From NCBI GenBank assembly GCA_030609965.1, contig JAUWSQ010000001.1, positions 37,811-101,810 of the forward strand: a stretch of 64,000 nucleotides of DNA, written 5' to 3'. Under the pieces are notes generated by a model. That model was not told the origin of the DNA. It did not search any database and saw nothing but the letters and a program-made list of their open reading frames with translations. This stretch comes from Candidatus Fermentibacterota bacterium. GTDB lineage: Bacteria; Fermentibacterota; Fermentibacteria; Fermentibacterales; JCC-6. The first letter of the stretch is position 1. Each line of letters starts with the position of its first letter. Of this stretch, positions 27,514 through 36,522 are shown piece by piece. Both the position numbers and the translations under genes were made by a program.

Positions 27514-28743
27514 TCAGATCCTGAAAAGTATCTTTTCGCTGCTGAACATCCTCAGTGTAAGATATATCAGAATAGCCGCAAATACGATACTGGACAGAGA
27601 CGCAGTTACGATGCTGCTCCAGCTCGCGGCCTGCATGAGTATTTCTTTGAGAACAAGCAGAGAATTGATGATTGGAGTTGAAAGCATCCACTTCGGAGCC
27701 ACATCTCCGGTCTGCATGGTTGCCATTCCCATGATCATGACTACGAAGTAAAGGGGCATGATCATACCCTGACCCTCTTTCGTGTTCCTCGCGAAAGTTG
27801 ATACGATGAGAACCAGACTGGCCACAAGAACAGCAAGGGGGATAATAACGATAGCGAACTGGAGGATATGAATTGTGCTCATGCTGTAGCTTGTGATGGC
27901 GGCACCCGACGCACCAAACATTCCCATGAAATATCTTGACCCGATGATAAGGCCGATCACTGAACTGGCAGCACCGACAATTGCGGCTATCATAACGGAC
28001 ATCATCTTGCCGATAACGATCGATAGCCTGCCTACCTGATTAACCAGCGTCACAGCCAGAGTTCCCCTCTCCTTCTCACCGGCAACCGTATCCAGCCCTA
28101 CTTTCATGGAATTAACAAAGAGGTAGATAATTATAAAGAAAGGAAGGAGGATACTGATTATCTTACCGATTACACTGCCTTCCTTCGCAAGATCGTACTG
28201 CATCGGAACTTCGTTAACCGTGAATACGCTGAGTATCTCCTCCGACAGGTCTCGCTCAAGGATTCTTTCTCTGACTATATCTCCGTTGAGTGCAGTCATG
28301 ACTTCGTTAATCCTGCTATAGGCGTACTGTGAATAATCTGCAGTGGAATTGAAATAAACAGCTATATCGAAAGTGCTGCAGCCTGACAGGCTTTCATGAA
28401 AATTATCCGGCATTACCAGAAGGAGTTCCTTCTCCTTCTCGGTTATCGCCAGTTTTACAGCATCAACCTCGCTAAACTGCACTATCTCAAGTTCGGTGTT
28501 GATCGCTGAGAATGCCTCTATGAAAGGACCCATAACATTTTCGTTACCGACTCCTTCGTAAATGCAGATAGTCGATCTGAATGAAGTGATATCCGAATCC
28601 CTGGACTCACCCATTTTTGCCATTACGGAGTACATCACAGGAAGCATAAGGAGAGGCAGGAGTACGAGCATAGCAACCATACGTCTGTCTGTGAAAATTC
28701 GCCTGAGCTCTTTCTTCAGAATGATAATGCTGTCACTGAGCAT
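27514..28743 (-). CDS. ABC-2 family exporter permease (NatB-like)
   Basis: An N-terminal TM, a large extracytoplasmic loop and five C-terminal TMs. It overlaps the upstream ATPase gene. Confidence 0.65.
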   Translation of the reverse strand: MLSDSIIILKKELRRIFTDRRMVAMLVLLPLLMLPVMYSVMAKMGESRDSDITSFRSTICIYEGVGNENVMGPFIEAFSAINTELEIVQFSEVDAVKLAITEKEKELLLVMPDNFHESLSGCSTFDIAVYFNSTADYSQYAYSRINEVMTALNGDIVRERILERDLSEEILSVFTVNEVPMQYDLAKEGSVIGKIISILLPFFIIIYLFVNSMKVGLDTVAGEKERGTLAVTLVNQVGRLSIVIGKMMSVMIAAIVGAASSVIGLIIGSRYFMGMFGASGAAITSYSMSTIHILQFAIVIIPLAVLVASLVLIVSTFARNTKEGQGMIMPLYFVVMIMGMATMQTGDVAPKWMLSTPIINSLLVLKEILMQAASWSSIVTASLSSIVFAAILIYLTLRMFSSEKILFRI

Positions 28744-29503
28744 GGTTCACCTCCCCTTCCCCTCCTGGAAGGATGTAACCGAAGAATACATCCTCAAGGC
28801 TGTCCGAGGAATTGCTCTCAAGGATATCATCAAGCGAACCAACTTCCTTCAGTTCACCTTCAACCAGTATACCGAATCTGTCACAGATCTTCTCAGCTAC
28901 GTTCATAATGTGGGTAGATATTACGATTGTCTTTCCCGCCTGTGCATACTTCTTGAGAAAATCGGTCACCGATTTTGAGGTGATCACATCGAGACCGTTG
29001 GTCGGCTCATCGAAAATGATAACCTCAGGATCGTGGATAAGGCTAATGGCAATAGCCGTCTTCTGCTTCATGCCCGTGGAAAGCTTATCTATCTTCTTGT
29101 GAATGAAATCCGACATCTGCAACTCATTGAACAGGTACTCTTTCCGCAACTCTATTTCCTTCTTGCTCATCTTGTTGAGGGCACCGAAGTAATCCATCAT
29201 GTAATCAGGAGTGAAAAAACCGTCAAGTTTCATATCAGAAGTGAGGAAACCTATCCTGGACCTGATGTCTTTCTCATCATCCAGCACATTGAATTTGTCT
29301 ATGTATATGTTTCCGCTTGTGGGTTTTATCAGGGTGGATATGCATCTCAGAGTTGTGGTCTTTCCGGCTCCGTTGGGTCCGAGAAGCCCGAAAATCTCAC
29401 CCGGGCTGCATTCAAAAGAGACATCTTTGACTGCCTCAACGGTCTCCGTAACATTCTTTTTCCTGTTCTTGTATACCTTGAAAAGATTTTCAACTCTCAG
29501 CAA
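28733..29503 (-). CDS. ABC transporter ATP-binding protein (NatA-like)
   Basis: Walker A GPNGAGKTT, signature LSTGMKQK and Walker B IIFDEP. Confidence 0.85.
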   Translation of the reverse strand: MLRVENLFKVYKNRKKNVTETVEAVKDVSFECSPGEIFGLLGPNGAGKTTTLRCISTLIKPTSGNIYIDKFNVLDDEKDIRSRIGFLTSDMKLDGFFTPDYMMDYFGALNKMSKKEIELRKEYLFNELQMSDFIHKKIDKLSTGMKQKTAIAISLIHDPEVIIFDEPTNGLDVITSKSVTDFLKKYAQAGKTIVISTHIMNVAEKICDRFGILVEGELKEVGSLDDILESNSSDSLEDVFFGYILPGGEGEVNHAQ

Positions 29504-29551
29504 TTCATCCCCCCTTTGTTACTACTCAAATGAAATCTGAGTACTGAATAA

Positions 29552-29564
29552 TAGGGACGGAGGG
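29552..29564. repeat. Isolated REP-like half-site TAGGGACGGAGGG
   Basis: It shares 12 nt with the arms of the palindromes at 29597-29647 and 30364-30404. No inverted partner is adjacent. Confidence 0.5.
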
Positions 29565-29596
29565 ATTTTAATGCAAATATGTAAATAAATTAACTA

Positions 29597-29647
29597 TAAT
29601 TAGGGACGGAGGTAATTAGAATTCTTAATTACCTCCGTCCCTAATTA
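29597..29647. repeat. REP-like palindromic hairpin (left flank of the Y1 transposase gene)
   Basis: TAATTAGGGACGGAGGTAATTA-GAATTCT-TAATTACCTCCGTCCCTAATTA has perfect 22-nt arms. Confidence 0.85.
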
Positions 29648-29654
29648 CTAGTCC

Positions 29655-29682
29655 TTGACAATTCAGTCAGTTATACTATACA
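29655..29682 (+). promoter_or_regulatory. Putative sigma70-type promoter for the transposase gene
   Basis: TTGACA (29655-29660), a 16 nt spacer, then TATACA (29677-29682). This would give a near-leaderless mRNA starting at ATG 29693. Confidence 0.3.
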
Positions 29683-29692
29683 TATGTTTACT

Positions 29693-30406
29693 ATGGCAAG
29701 AATAGCAAGATTAGTTGTTCCCGGTTTACCGCATCACATTGTCCAACGTGGGAATAGAAATCAGACTGTGTTCTTCTCTAACTCAGACAGGTTCAGATAC
29801 CTCTATCATCTCAGGAAAATTTCATTTGAGTACGGTGTTTCTTTTCTTTCCTATTGCCTTATGGATAATCATGTTCATCTGATTGCAATTCCCGAAAAGG
29901 AGGATTCGCTCTCGCTGTGCTTCAGAAAGGCTCATTCGATCTACTCAAGACATGTCAACTCACAGTTCAATTGGCGGGGACATCTCTGGCAGAACCGATT
30001 CCATTCAAGCCCTCTTGGACCTGCATATCTCTACAACGCAATACGTTACGTCGAACAAAATCCAGTTCGTGCGGGTATAGTCAGAAATGCATGGGACTAC
30101 AGGTGGTCAAGTGCGGGATTTCATGTGGGAATAGTATTCTCTGACCCTTTAGTTCTACTTGACGGTAGCCTGAATTCCATGGTAGATGATTGGCAGACAT
30201 ATCTTTCAATAAACCCGGATACTGTGCATTTAATGGAATTGCGCAAGGCTGCCAAAAGAAACAGGCCAATAGGCAGCGTGCAGTTCATGAAGAAGATGAA
30301 TGACAGATTTGGAATTCCCTTTACTGCTCGAAAACCTGGCAGGTATAACGAGAAAAATGAAAAAGGGACGGAGGTAATTAGAAATTCTAATTACCTCCGT
30401 CCCTAA
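29693..30406 (+). CDS. REP-associated tyrosine transposase (RAYT, IS200-like Y1/HUH family)
   Basis: MARIARLVVPGLPHHIVQRGNRNQTVFF, the HUH motif HVHLIA, and the catalytic-Tyr helix YVEQNPVRAGIV...WSS. The track start is ATG 29684. The last ~14 codons run into the right-hand REP hairpin. Confidence 0.8.
   Translation: MARIARLVVPGLPHHIVQRGNRNQTVFFSNSDRFRYLYHLRKISFEYGVSFLSYCLMDNHVHLIAIPEKEDSLSLCFRKAHSIYSRHVNSQFNWRGHLWQNRFHSSPLGPAYLYNAIRYVEQNPVRAGIVRNAWDYRWSSAGFHVGIVFSDPLVLLDGSLNSMVDDWQTYLSINPDTVHLMELRKAAKRNRPIGSVQFMKKMNDRFGIPFTARKPGRYNEKNEKGTEVIRNSNYLRP
30364..30404. repeat. REP-like palindromic hairpin (right flank of the transposase gene, shared 3' end with the convergent gene)
   Basis: AGGGACGGAGGTAATTA-GAAATTC-TAATTACCTCCGTCCCT. 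The arms are the same as in 29597-29647. Confidence 0.85.
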
Positions 30407-30410
30407 TTGT

Positions 30411-33400
30411 TCAGATTACGCGGAAACGTTCGGTACCTACTTCAAGGATTTCCTTTCGGTACTCCTGGGAATGTGTCATGGGCGGCTGTATTGAAGCTGC
30501 CCTGGCATCTGCTGAAACGGGAATGAGTGTTCCTTTCCCATCCCAGTTCCTCTCCTCACCAGTGTTCCAGTAGAACCGCACAAGATTTCCGAGTTTATCT
30601 CTTACAATACTATCAATAGTCTCACAGGAAGCATCGATACCGAATGCACCTGCAAGGGCTTTTAGAACCTCTACTCCTGTTTTCCCCGACGGCGGTGATA
30701 CCGCTTTGGTGAAATCGATCAGGTTCCCTTCGAAGTTGCACCGCGACCCTGCGGTTTCAAGGAAGGTTGAGCCAGGAAGAGTAACATCAGCGAATCTTGT
30801 GGTTTCAGTATCGGTCCAGTCCATGGCAGCAATGAATTCGGTATTACGGAACCAGGAACCCGGTCTGTTGTACTCCAGTGGATTCTCACCGATTATCAGT
30901 GCAGCTCTAATCGTTCCTGCCTCAAGAATCTGCCGCAATTCCTGACTTGTTGCCGCACCGGGAAGTTCTTTATCAGATGGCACTCTGCCGGGCACGAATG
31001 CAGGATCGGCTCCCATAACCTCAAGGCCTGCGCTGTTCGCAATCAACCTGGGTAGGAGCATATCTGAAACCTTGCCCGCTCCTCTCAACAGAAGGATCAG
31101 GTCGGCAAATATCTCCATATCATCAGGTGATGAGCCCTGTGCTCTGTCCGGGCTGTGGATGAAAACAATGTTTCCAGAATGGCGGATAAGTTCAGCCGTT
31201 TCATATATATCCGATTCTTCCGCTCCGGATCTGGCGGCTGCCAGCTCTATGGAAACCTCCCTGTTCATAAGGAACGCTTCGCCTCCATCGATGTCTACCG
31301 GAGAGACATCTCCATCATCTATGAGGACCTGCATAACAGCATTCCAGAAGATAGATGCTCTACCTCTCATGGGATCTACTGCCAGGGCGGAAAGGTGCTG
31401 ATCCATGGAGTCCAGGGCCGAGTTCGAAACGATAAGCTTCGCCCCGTCCTTAACAGCCTGGATAACATCCACTGCAAGGACCAGATGATCGGACTGAAGA
31501 GATGTATTGTTGCAGATGATCAGATCAGCATTATCAAGGCAGCTTCTATCTGCTGTGGAAGCCGTAAAGCCAAATGCAGGATCCAGCACACCGCTGCGGC
31601 CCCCGCCTGAAAGAATTGCGAGTGAGCCGATGTTGTTCGTCCCTACCCCCTCCCTTGCGATTCTTCCAGCAAGGAAGAGTTCTTCGTTTGTAAGTTCGGG
31701 AGATACGAAGACGGCAACACTGTCCGGGCCATGCTCATCGGCCACCTGTTTCAGGGACTCCACTATTCTCCCGTTCGCCTCCTCTGCAGTCACCGGGCTG
31801 TAGGAGTAGCCATCCTTCGCGACCGGACCTCTGAACCTATCCTGCTTGATGAAATACTCCTGTCCGAACCTGCCATATCTGCACAGATACTCTCCCGGAA
31901 TTCCGGACGATGCTATGAAATACCTTCCAGCGCCGAAGGATCTCACGAGGATTTCACAGCCGAGTGAACAGAAACCGCAGTGGGTTTTGATGTCAGAGGT
32001 TTCAAGGCAGGCCCTTCCGGCAAACGGGTATTTCACTGTAAGGGCTCCCGTCGGACAGGCATCAATACAGTTACCGCAGCTGACGCAGCTAGTGGAAACG
32101 AGAGGATCATTCATGGCAGGGCGCATTTCCGTTCTGAAACCCCTGCCCACAAATCCGATAGCTGAAACAGGCAGCACTCTCGCGCAGGTCCTGATGCACC
32201 TCGCGCAGAGAATACACTTGTTCGGATCGTAGGAGATATACGGGTGTCTGTCGTCAACCTTGTGCTTTCGCACATAACCTTTGAAATGCTCCATATCCAC
32301 ACCGTATTCCTCAGCGTACAGCCTGAGGTCGCAATCATCGAATCTTACACAGCCGCATGAAAGACAGCGATCACATTCGTGGTCATTATCCTCGGGTTCA
32401 AAACCTGTTGCCACTTCCAGGAAATTGTTGCGCCTGTCATCTACATCTATCTGATGAACTTCGTGACGAGGTGATTCCTTGATATCACCAAGTTCTGCCT
32501 TGCCGGGTTTTGACCAGAACTCCTTATTCGTTGAGAAGGGTTTGGGTTCAAGTTCCCCGTTCAGAAGCCAGGCTTGTATTGCTTTTGCAGCTTTCTGCCC
32601 GTCCCTGATGGCGTCGATGGCAACGGTGGGTCCGTCATCGGCCGCGTCTCCTCCTGCAAATACACCCTCAATATTGGTTTTCATGGTTCCTGCATCGATG
32701 ATATAGGTATTCCACCTTGTAAGATCCAGCTCACCATTCTCTGTATCTACAAGACCCTCGAGAACGGTATTCTGACCGATGGCTGAAATAGCAAGGTCAC
32801 AGGGAAGGTCGAATTCCGCACCCTCTATTGGAACGGGACGACGTCTTCCGGAATCATCAGCCTCACCGAGCTTCATCCTCTGGCAGTGCAGAGCGCTGAT
32901 CACGCCGTTCTTCTTAATAATGCCCGTTGGAGCAGCCAGCTCCATTATTTCTATACCCTCTTCCAGGCAATCTTCGATCTCCATCTTATCCGCAGGCATC
33001 TCAGCTTTGGTTCTCCTGTAGAGAACGATAACCTTATCGGCATTTAGCCTCCATGCCACCCGTGCGGCATCCATGGCGGTATTGCCTCCACCCACAACAA
33101 CTACTGTCCCTGAAAGCTGTACGGGATTGTCAGTCTTTTCAACGAGAAAATCCGCACCGGTAACAACGCCCTCTGTATCGAATTCACCTTCAACCCGCAT
33201 GGCTTTACCAGTCCATGCCCCGGGGCCCACAAAGACAGCGTCATGCTTTTCCCTCAGTTCCTCAAGGGTCACATCTTTTCCAACACGGACTCCGCATCTG
33301 ATCTCCGCACCGGTACGGCAGATGTACTCAACCTCTCTGTCAAGGATCTCGTCAGGGAGCCTGTACTCGGGAATACCGTAACGCAGCATTCCTCCGGTAC

Positions 33401-34076
33401 GCTCTTTTGCTTCGTAAATAACAGGTTTTATCCCGCTTCTGCCCAGGAACCACGCTGCCGTAAGACCCGCAGGGCCAGACCCTATAATTCCGACAGTTTT
33501 TCCCGTATCAGGAGCGCATTCAGGTTCGGTATCGTACGCTTCTGGTGAATCCGAAACGAATCTCTTGATGTTATTTATAGCCACCGGAGCATCTATATCC
33601 ATTCGCCTGCACTCATCCTCACACTTGCGGACACATACACGTGCACACATGGCGGGAAGAGGGTTCTTCTCCCGAATAAGGTCAACCGCGCTCTGGTATT
33701 GCCCCATTGCAGAGAGAGCTATGTATCCCTGGGCGTCAACACCTGCCGGGCAACCCTCCATGCAGGGGGATATACAGTCAGCGTAATGGTTCGAAAGCAA
33801 CAGCTCCAGAGCTGTTTTCCTTGATGCCATGATCCTTTCGTTCCGGGTTTCGATTTCCATATCGGGAGAAATGCGTGTGGCGCACGCCGGCACCAGGTTA
33901 TCTCTGCCTTTTACCTGCACAACACAAACGAAACAGGAACCGTACGGCTCAAGCTCCTGTGAGTGGCACAGGGTTGGGATATTGTCCAGTTCATTCTCAT
34001 GGACCACTTCAAGAATAGTCTTCCCTGGAGCGGCCTTGATTTCCTTACCGTTGATCAAAACTCTGATCTTATCCAT
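30411..34076 (-). CDS. Multi-domain iron-sulfur flavoprotein: 2Fe-2S ferredoxin, a GltD/NfnB-like NAD(P)H-FAD module, and a NuoG-like Fe-S and non-catalytic molybdopterin-oxidoreductase-like domain (Stn/Bfu large-subunit-like)
   Basis: N-terminal 2Fe-2S (CHSQELEPYGSCFVCVV). GltD-like Cys clusters. Dinucleotide folds IIGSGPAGLTAA and VVVVGGGNTAMDAAR. NuoG-type HECDRCLSCGC. Two CxxCxxCxxxCP motifs. MopB-type CGFCSLGC. After GTNNIG the FDH active-site Cys/Sec-His motif is absent (the sequence reads SLAILSGG). Confidence 0.75.
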   Translation of the reverse strand: MDKIRVLINGKEIKAAPGKTILEVVHENELDNIPTLCHSQELEPYGSCFVCVVQVKGRDNLVPACATRISPDMEIETRNERIMASRKTALELLLSNHYADCISPCMEGCPAGVDAQGYIALSAMGQYQSAVDLIREKNPLPAMCARVCVRKCEDECRRMDIDAPVAINNIKRFVSDSPEAYDTEPECAPDTGKTVGIIGSGPAGLTAAWFLGRSGIKPVIYEAKERTGGMLRYGIPEYRLPDEILDREVEYICRTGAEIRCGVRVGKDVTLEELREKHDAVFVGPGAWTGKAMRVEGEFDTEGVVTGADFLVEKTDNPVQLSGTVVVVGGGNTAMDAARVAWRLNADKVIVLYRRTKAEMPADKMEIEDCLEEGIEIMELAAPTGIIKKNGVISALHCQRMKLGEADDSGRRRPVPIEGAEFDLPCDLAISAIGQNTVLEGLVDTENGELDLTRWNTYIIDAGTMKTNIEGVFAGGDAADDGPTVAIDAIRDGQKAAKAIQAWLLNGELEPKPFSTNKEFWSKPGKAELGDIKESPRHEVHQIDVDDRRNNFLEVATGFEPEDNDHECDRCLSCGCVRFDDCDLRLYAEEYGVDMEHFKGYVRKHKVDDRHPYISYDPNKCILCARCIRTCARVLPVSAIGFVGRGFRTEMRPAMNDPLVSTSCVSCGNCIDACPTGALTVKYPFAGRACLETSDIKTHCGFCSLGCEILVRSFGAGRYFIASSGIPGEYLCRYGRFGQEYFIKQDRFRGPVAKDGYSYSPVTAEEANGRIVESLKQVADEHGPDSVAVFVSPELTNEELFLAGRIAREGVGTNNIGSLAILSGGGRSGVLDPAFGFTASTADRSCLDNADLIICNNTSLQSDHLVLAVDVIQAVKDGAKLIVSNSALDSMDQHLSALAVDPMRGRASIFWNAVMQVLIDDGDVSPVDIDGGEAFLMNREVSIELAAARSGAEESDIYETAELIRHSGNIVFIHSPDRAQGSSPDDMEIFADLILLLRGAGKVSDMLLPRLIANSAGLEVMGADPAFVPGRVPSDKELPGAATSQELRQILEAGTIRAALIIGENPLEYNRPGSWFRNTEFIAAMDWTDTETTRFADVTLPGSTFLETAGSRCNFEGNLIDFTKAVSPPSGKTGVEVLKALAGAFGIDASCETIDSIVRDKLGNLVRFYWNTGEERNWDGKGTLIPVSADARAASIQPPMTHSQEYRKEILEVGTERFRVI

Positions 34077-34085
34077 TGGCCGCTC

Positions 34086-35867
34086 CTACCTTGTAATTAC
34101 TGCGCCGAAGTTGCAGCTTGTTATACACTTGCCGCAATTAACGCAGGCTTCGATGTTAATTACATGAACTTCTTTAACTTTGCCTGAAATGGCATCGACC
34201 GGACAGTTCTTCGCACAGAGAGTACACCCGACACACTTATCCGGAATGATATAGAATTCCACAAGCGCCTGACACTCACCCGCGGGACATTTCTGGTCGT
34301 AAATATGGGCCTTGTACTCGTCCAGGTAATAGCGGATCGTAGTCTGTACCGGGTTAGGGGCGGTCTGCCCCAACCCGCAGAGGCTTGCTTCCTTTATCTG
34401 TATAGACAGCTGCTCGAGTTTCTCAATATCCTCCGGCTCACCCTCTCCTCTGGTCAGCCTTTCCAGGATCTCAAGCATTCTCAGGGTTCCTATCCTGCAG
34501 AAAGTACATTTTCCGCATGATTCTTTCTGCGTAAAATCAAGGAAGAACCTTGCAATCTCGACCATGCATATGTCCTCATCCATAACGACCATGCCGCCAG
34601 AGCCCATGATAGCCCCTGTGGCAGGGATAGACTCAAAGTCTACAGGAGTACCCTTCATGTCAGCCGGGATACAGCCTCCCGAGGGACCGCCCATCTGAAC
34701 AGCCTTGAATTTCTTCCCGTTCTTAATGCCTCCACCTATCTTGAAAACAAGATCCTCAATTGTTGTACCCATTGGAACTTCAGCCAGCCCTCCATGAACC
34801 ACTTTCCCGGCAAGTGCGAAAACCTTGGTTCCGGGGCTTTTTTCCGTTCCGAACGCCGTGAAGGCTCCTGCACCGTTGCATATTATCCAGGGTACATTTG
34901 CAAAGGTTTCAACGTTGTTGTTATTGGTTGGCTTCTGCCATAGCCCCTTCTCCGCAGGAAATGGCGGGCGTATACGGGGCATCCCGCGTTCTCCTTCTAT
35001 AGATGCGAACAATGCAGTTTCTTCTCCGCATACGAACGCTCCAGCCCCCTGCTTTATTTTCAGGTCAAAGTCGAAACCGCTGCCAACGATATTCGTTCCA
35101 AGGTAACCCCGTTCTCTGGCTTCCGAAATGGCAATTTCCAGCCTGTGAATAGCCAGAGGATACTCGGCCCTGCAGTAGATATATCCGAATGTCGCTCCGA
35201 TAGCCCTGGCGCATATTATCATGCCTTCAAGAATTGCGTGGGGGTCACCCTCAAGAACAGATCTGTCCATGAATGCTCCGGGATCGCCCTCATCAGCATT
35301 GCAGACTACGTATTTCTGATCTCCCTCATTCGCGGCTGCGAAGGACCATTTTAATCCCGTAGGGAATCCGGCACCCCCCCGCCCGCGAAGACCCGAATCC
35401 TTGATGGTCCGGATTATCTCGGAAGGGGTCATTTCCGTAAGAGCTTTTCTTACCCCCTGATAGCCTCCAGCTTCTTCGTAATCCTTTATCGATTCGGGAT
35501 CTATTGTACCGCAATTGCGAAGTACGATTCTCTCCTGAAGATCAAGGAAATCACTCTCAGAACCGCAGGTGTTCCCATCAGGCCAACAGGCGTAAACAAG
35601 ATTATCATCATCAATTATTTCGTTACCGAGAATGTGCTTACTGAAGATCTCTTCTGCAGATTCAGGGGTTACTCCGCCGTAGAATACTCTGCTGTCCCCT
35701 TCTCTTACTTCAACCAGTGGTTCTCTGTAGCACATACCGATGCAGCCTGTTCTGGTGAGCATGCAAACATCAGGGTTAGCTGCCGTCAGCATCTCAAGTC
35801 TGTCGTAAGCTGCCTGAGCTCCAGCGGATAAACCGCAAGTACCCATTCCTACTACTATTTTCTTCAT
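34086..35867 (-). CDS. NuoF/HydB-like NADH-binding FMN iron-sulfur subunit
   Basis: N-terminal thioredoxin-like 2Fe-2S domain. GRGGAGFPTGLKW FMN site. ESCGKCTFCR 4Fe-4S. Two C-terminal ferredoxin motifs (CVGCTLCAKNCP and CVNCGKCITSC). Confidence 0.85.
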   Translation of the reverse strand: MKKIVVGMGTCGLSAGAQAAYDRLEMLTAANPDVCMLTRTGCIGMCYREPLVEVREGDSRVFYGGVTPESAEEIFSKHILGNEIIDDDNLVYACWPDGNTCGSESDFLDLQERIVLRNCGTIDPESIKDYEEAGGYQGVRKALTEMTPSEIIRTIKDSGLRGRGGAGFPTGLKWSFAAANEGDQKYVVCNADEGDPGAFMDRSVLEGDPHAILEGMIICARAIGATFGYIYCRAEYPLAIHRLEIAISEARERGYLGTNIVGSGFDFDLKIKQGAGAFVCGEETALFASIEGERGMPRIRPPFPAEKGLWQKPTNNNNVETFANVPWIICNGAGAFTAFGTEKSPGTKVFALAGKVVHGGLAEVPMGTTIEDLVFKIGGGIKNGKKFKAVQMGGPSGGCIPADMKGTPVDFESIPATGAIMGSGGMVVMDEDICMVEIARFFLDFTQKESCGKCTFCRIGTLRMLEILERLTRGEGEPEDIEKLEQLSIQIKEASLCGLGQTAPNPVQTTIRYYLDEYKAHIYDQKCPAGECQALVEFYIIPDKCVGCTLCAKNCPVDAISGKVKEVHVINIEACVNCGKCITSCNFGAVITR

Positions 35868-35912
35868 TCATTGCTCCAGACATTTTTCACAAAAGGACCG
35901 TTCGTCAGATTA

Positions 35913-36428
35913 TCATACACCCTCTGCAGTTACTGCGATGGAATCGCTACTCACTGCGGCTTTCTTTCTGTAATTCCGAAGGATCTTCCGAACCGAGGCG
36001 GGTGTGAGGCTGCCGTGTGTGTCTTCGTTTATCATAATGACCGGTGCAAGTGAACAGCACCCGATACACGCCACCGTATTCAGGGTGAACAATCCGTCTT
36101 CCGTAGTACTATCGACTTCGATACCCAGCTCATCCTCTACTGTTTCCCTTATCAGTTTTGCTCCCGAAACATGGCAGGCCGTTCCCGCACATACCCGGAT
36201 AACGTATTTACCCATGGGCTGCAGCCTGAACTGACTGTAGAATGTAATGACTCCATAGATATCGGATTCTGGAATGGCTGTGACACCTGCTATATAGTTT
36301 ATTGCACGCCTTGGAATATACCCGAAGTGTTCCTGGGCAGACTGCAGAAGAGGTATCAGTTCCCCGGGGGCTCCATCATATCTCCACAGTCTATAGTTGA
36401 AATTCTCCTGTTTTGCAGCCGTTTTCAT
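35913..36428 (-). CDS. NuoE/HydC-like 2Fe-2S subunit
   Basis: VCAGTACHVSG...CIGCCSLAP is the thioredoxin-like 2Fe-2S signature. Likely start ATG 36428 after GAAGGGAG (track start 36446). Confidence 0.85.
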   Translation of the reverse strand: MKTAAKQENFNYRLWRYDGAPGELIPLLQSAQEHFGYIPRRAINYIAGVTAIPESDIYGVITFYSQFRLQPMGKYVIRVCAGTACHVSGAKLIRETVEDELGIEVDSTTEDGLFTLNTVACIGCCSLAPVIMINEDTHGSLTPASVRKILRNYRKKAAVSSDSIAVTAEGV

Positions 36429-36522
36429 CACTCCCTTCACGCACATTGATCATTATTTCTCAAGTGCAGGAATCAGCGTAAACAACATGGTTTCACTGTT
36501 CCTCTGTAAAGTAAGAAGAGTA

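Larger units (their letters stand above)
29597..30404 (+). mobile_element. REPtron-like unit: a RAYT gene bracketed by two copies of the same palindromic REP
   Basis: Both flanks carry the identical TAGGGACGGAGGTAATTA arm. Related half-sites occur at 29552 and 46249. Confidence 0.6.

Noticed and set aside
30411-34076. Formate dehydrogenase alpha subunit (possibly selenocysteine-containing)
   Set aside because: There is no in-frame TGA. The position after GTNNIG, where FDH enzymes carry the Cys/Sec-His active-site motif, reads SLAILSGG. The domain therefore looks like a NuoG-type non-catalytic remnant.
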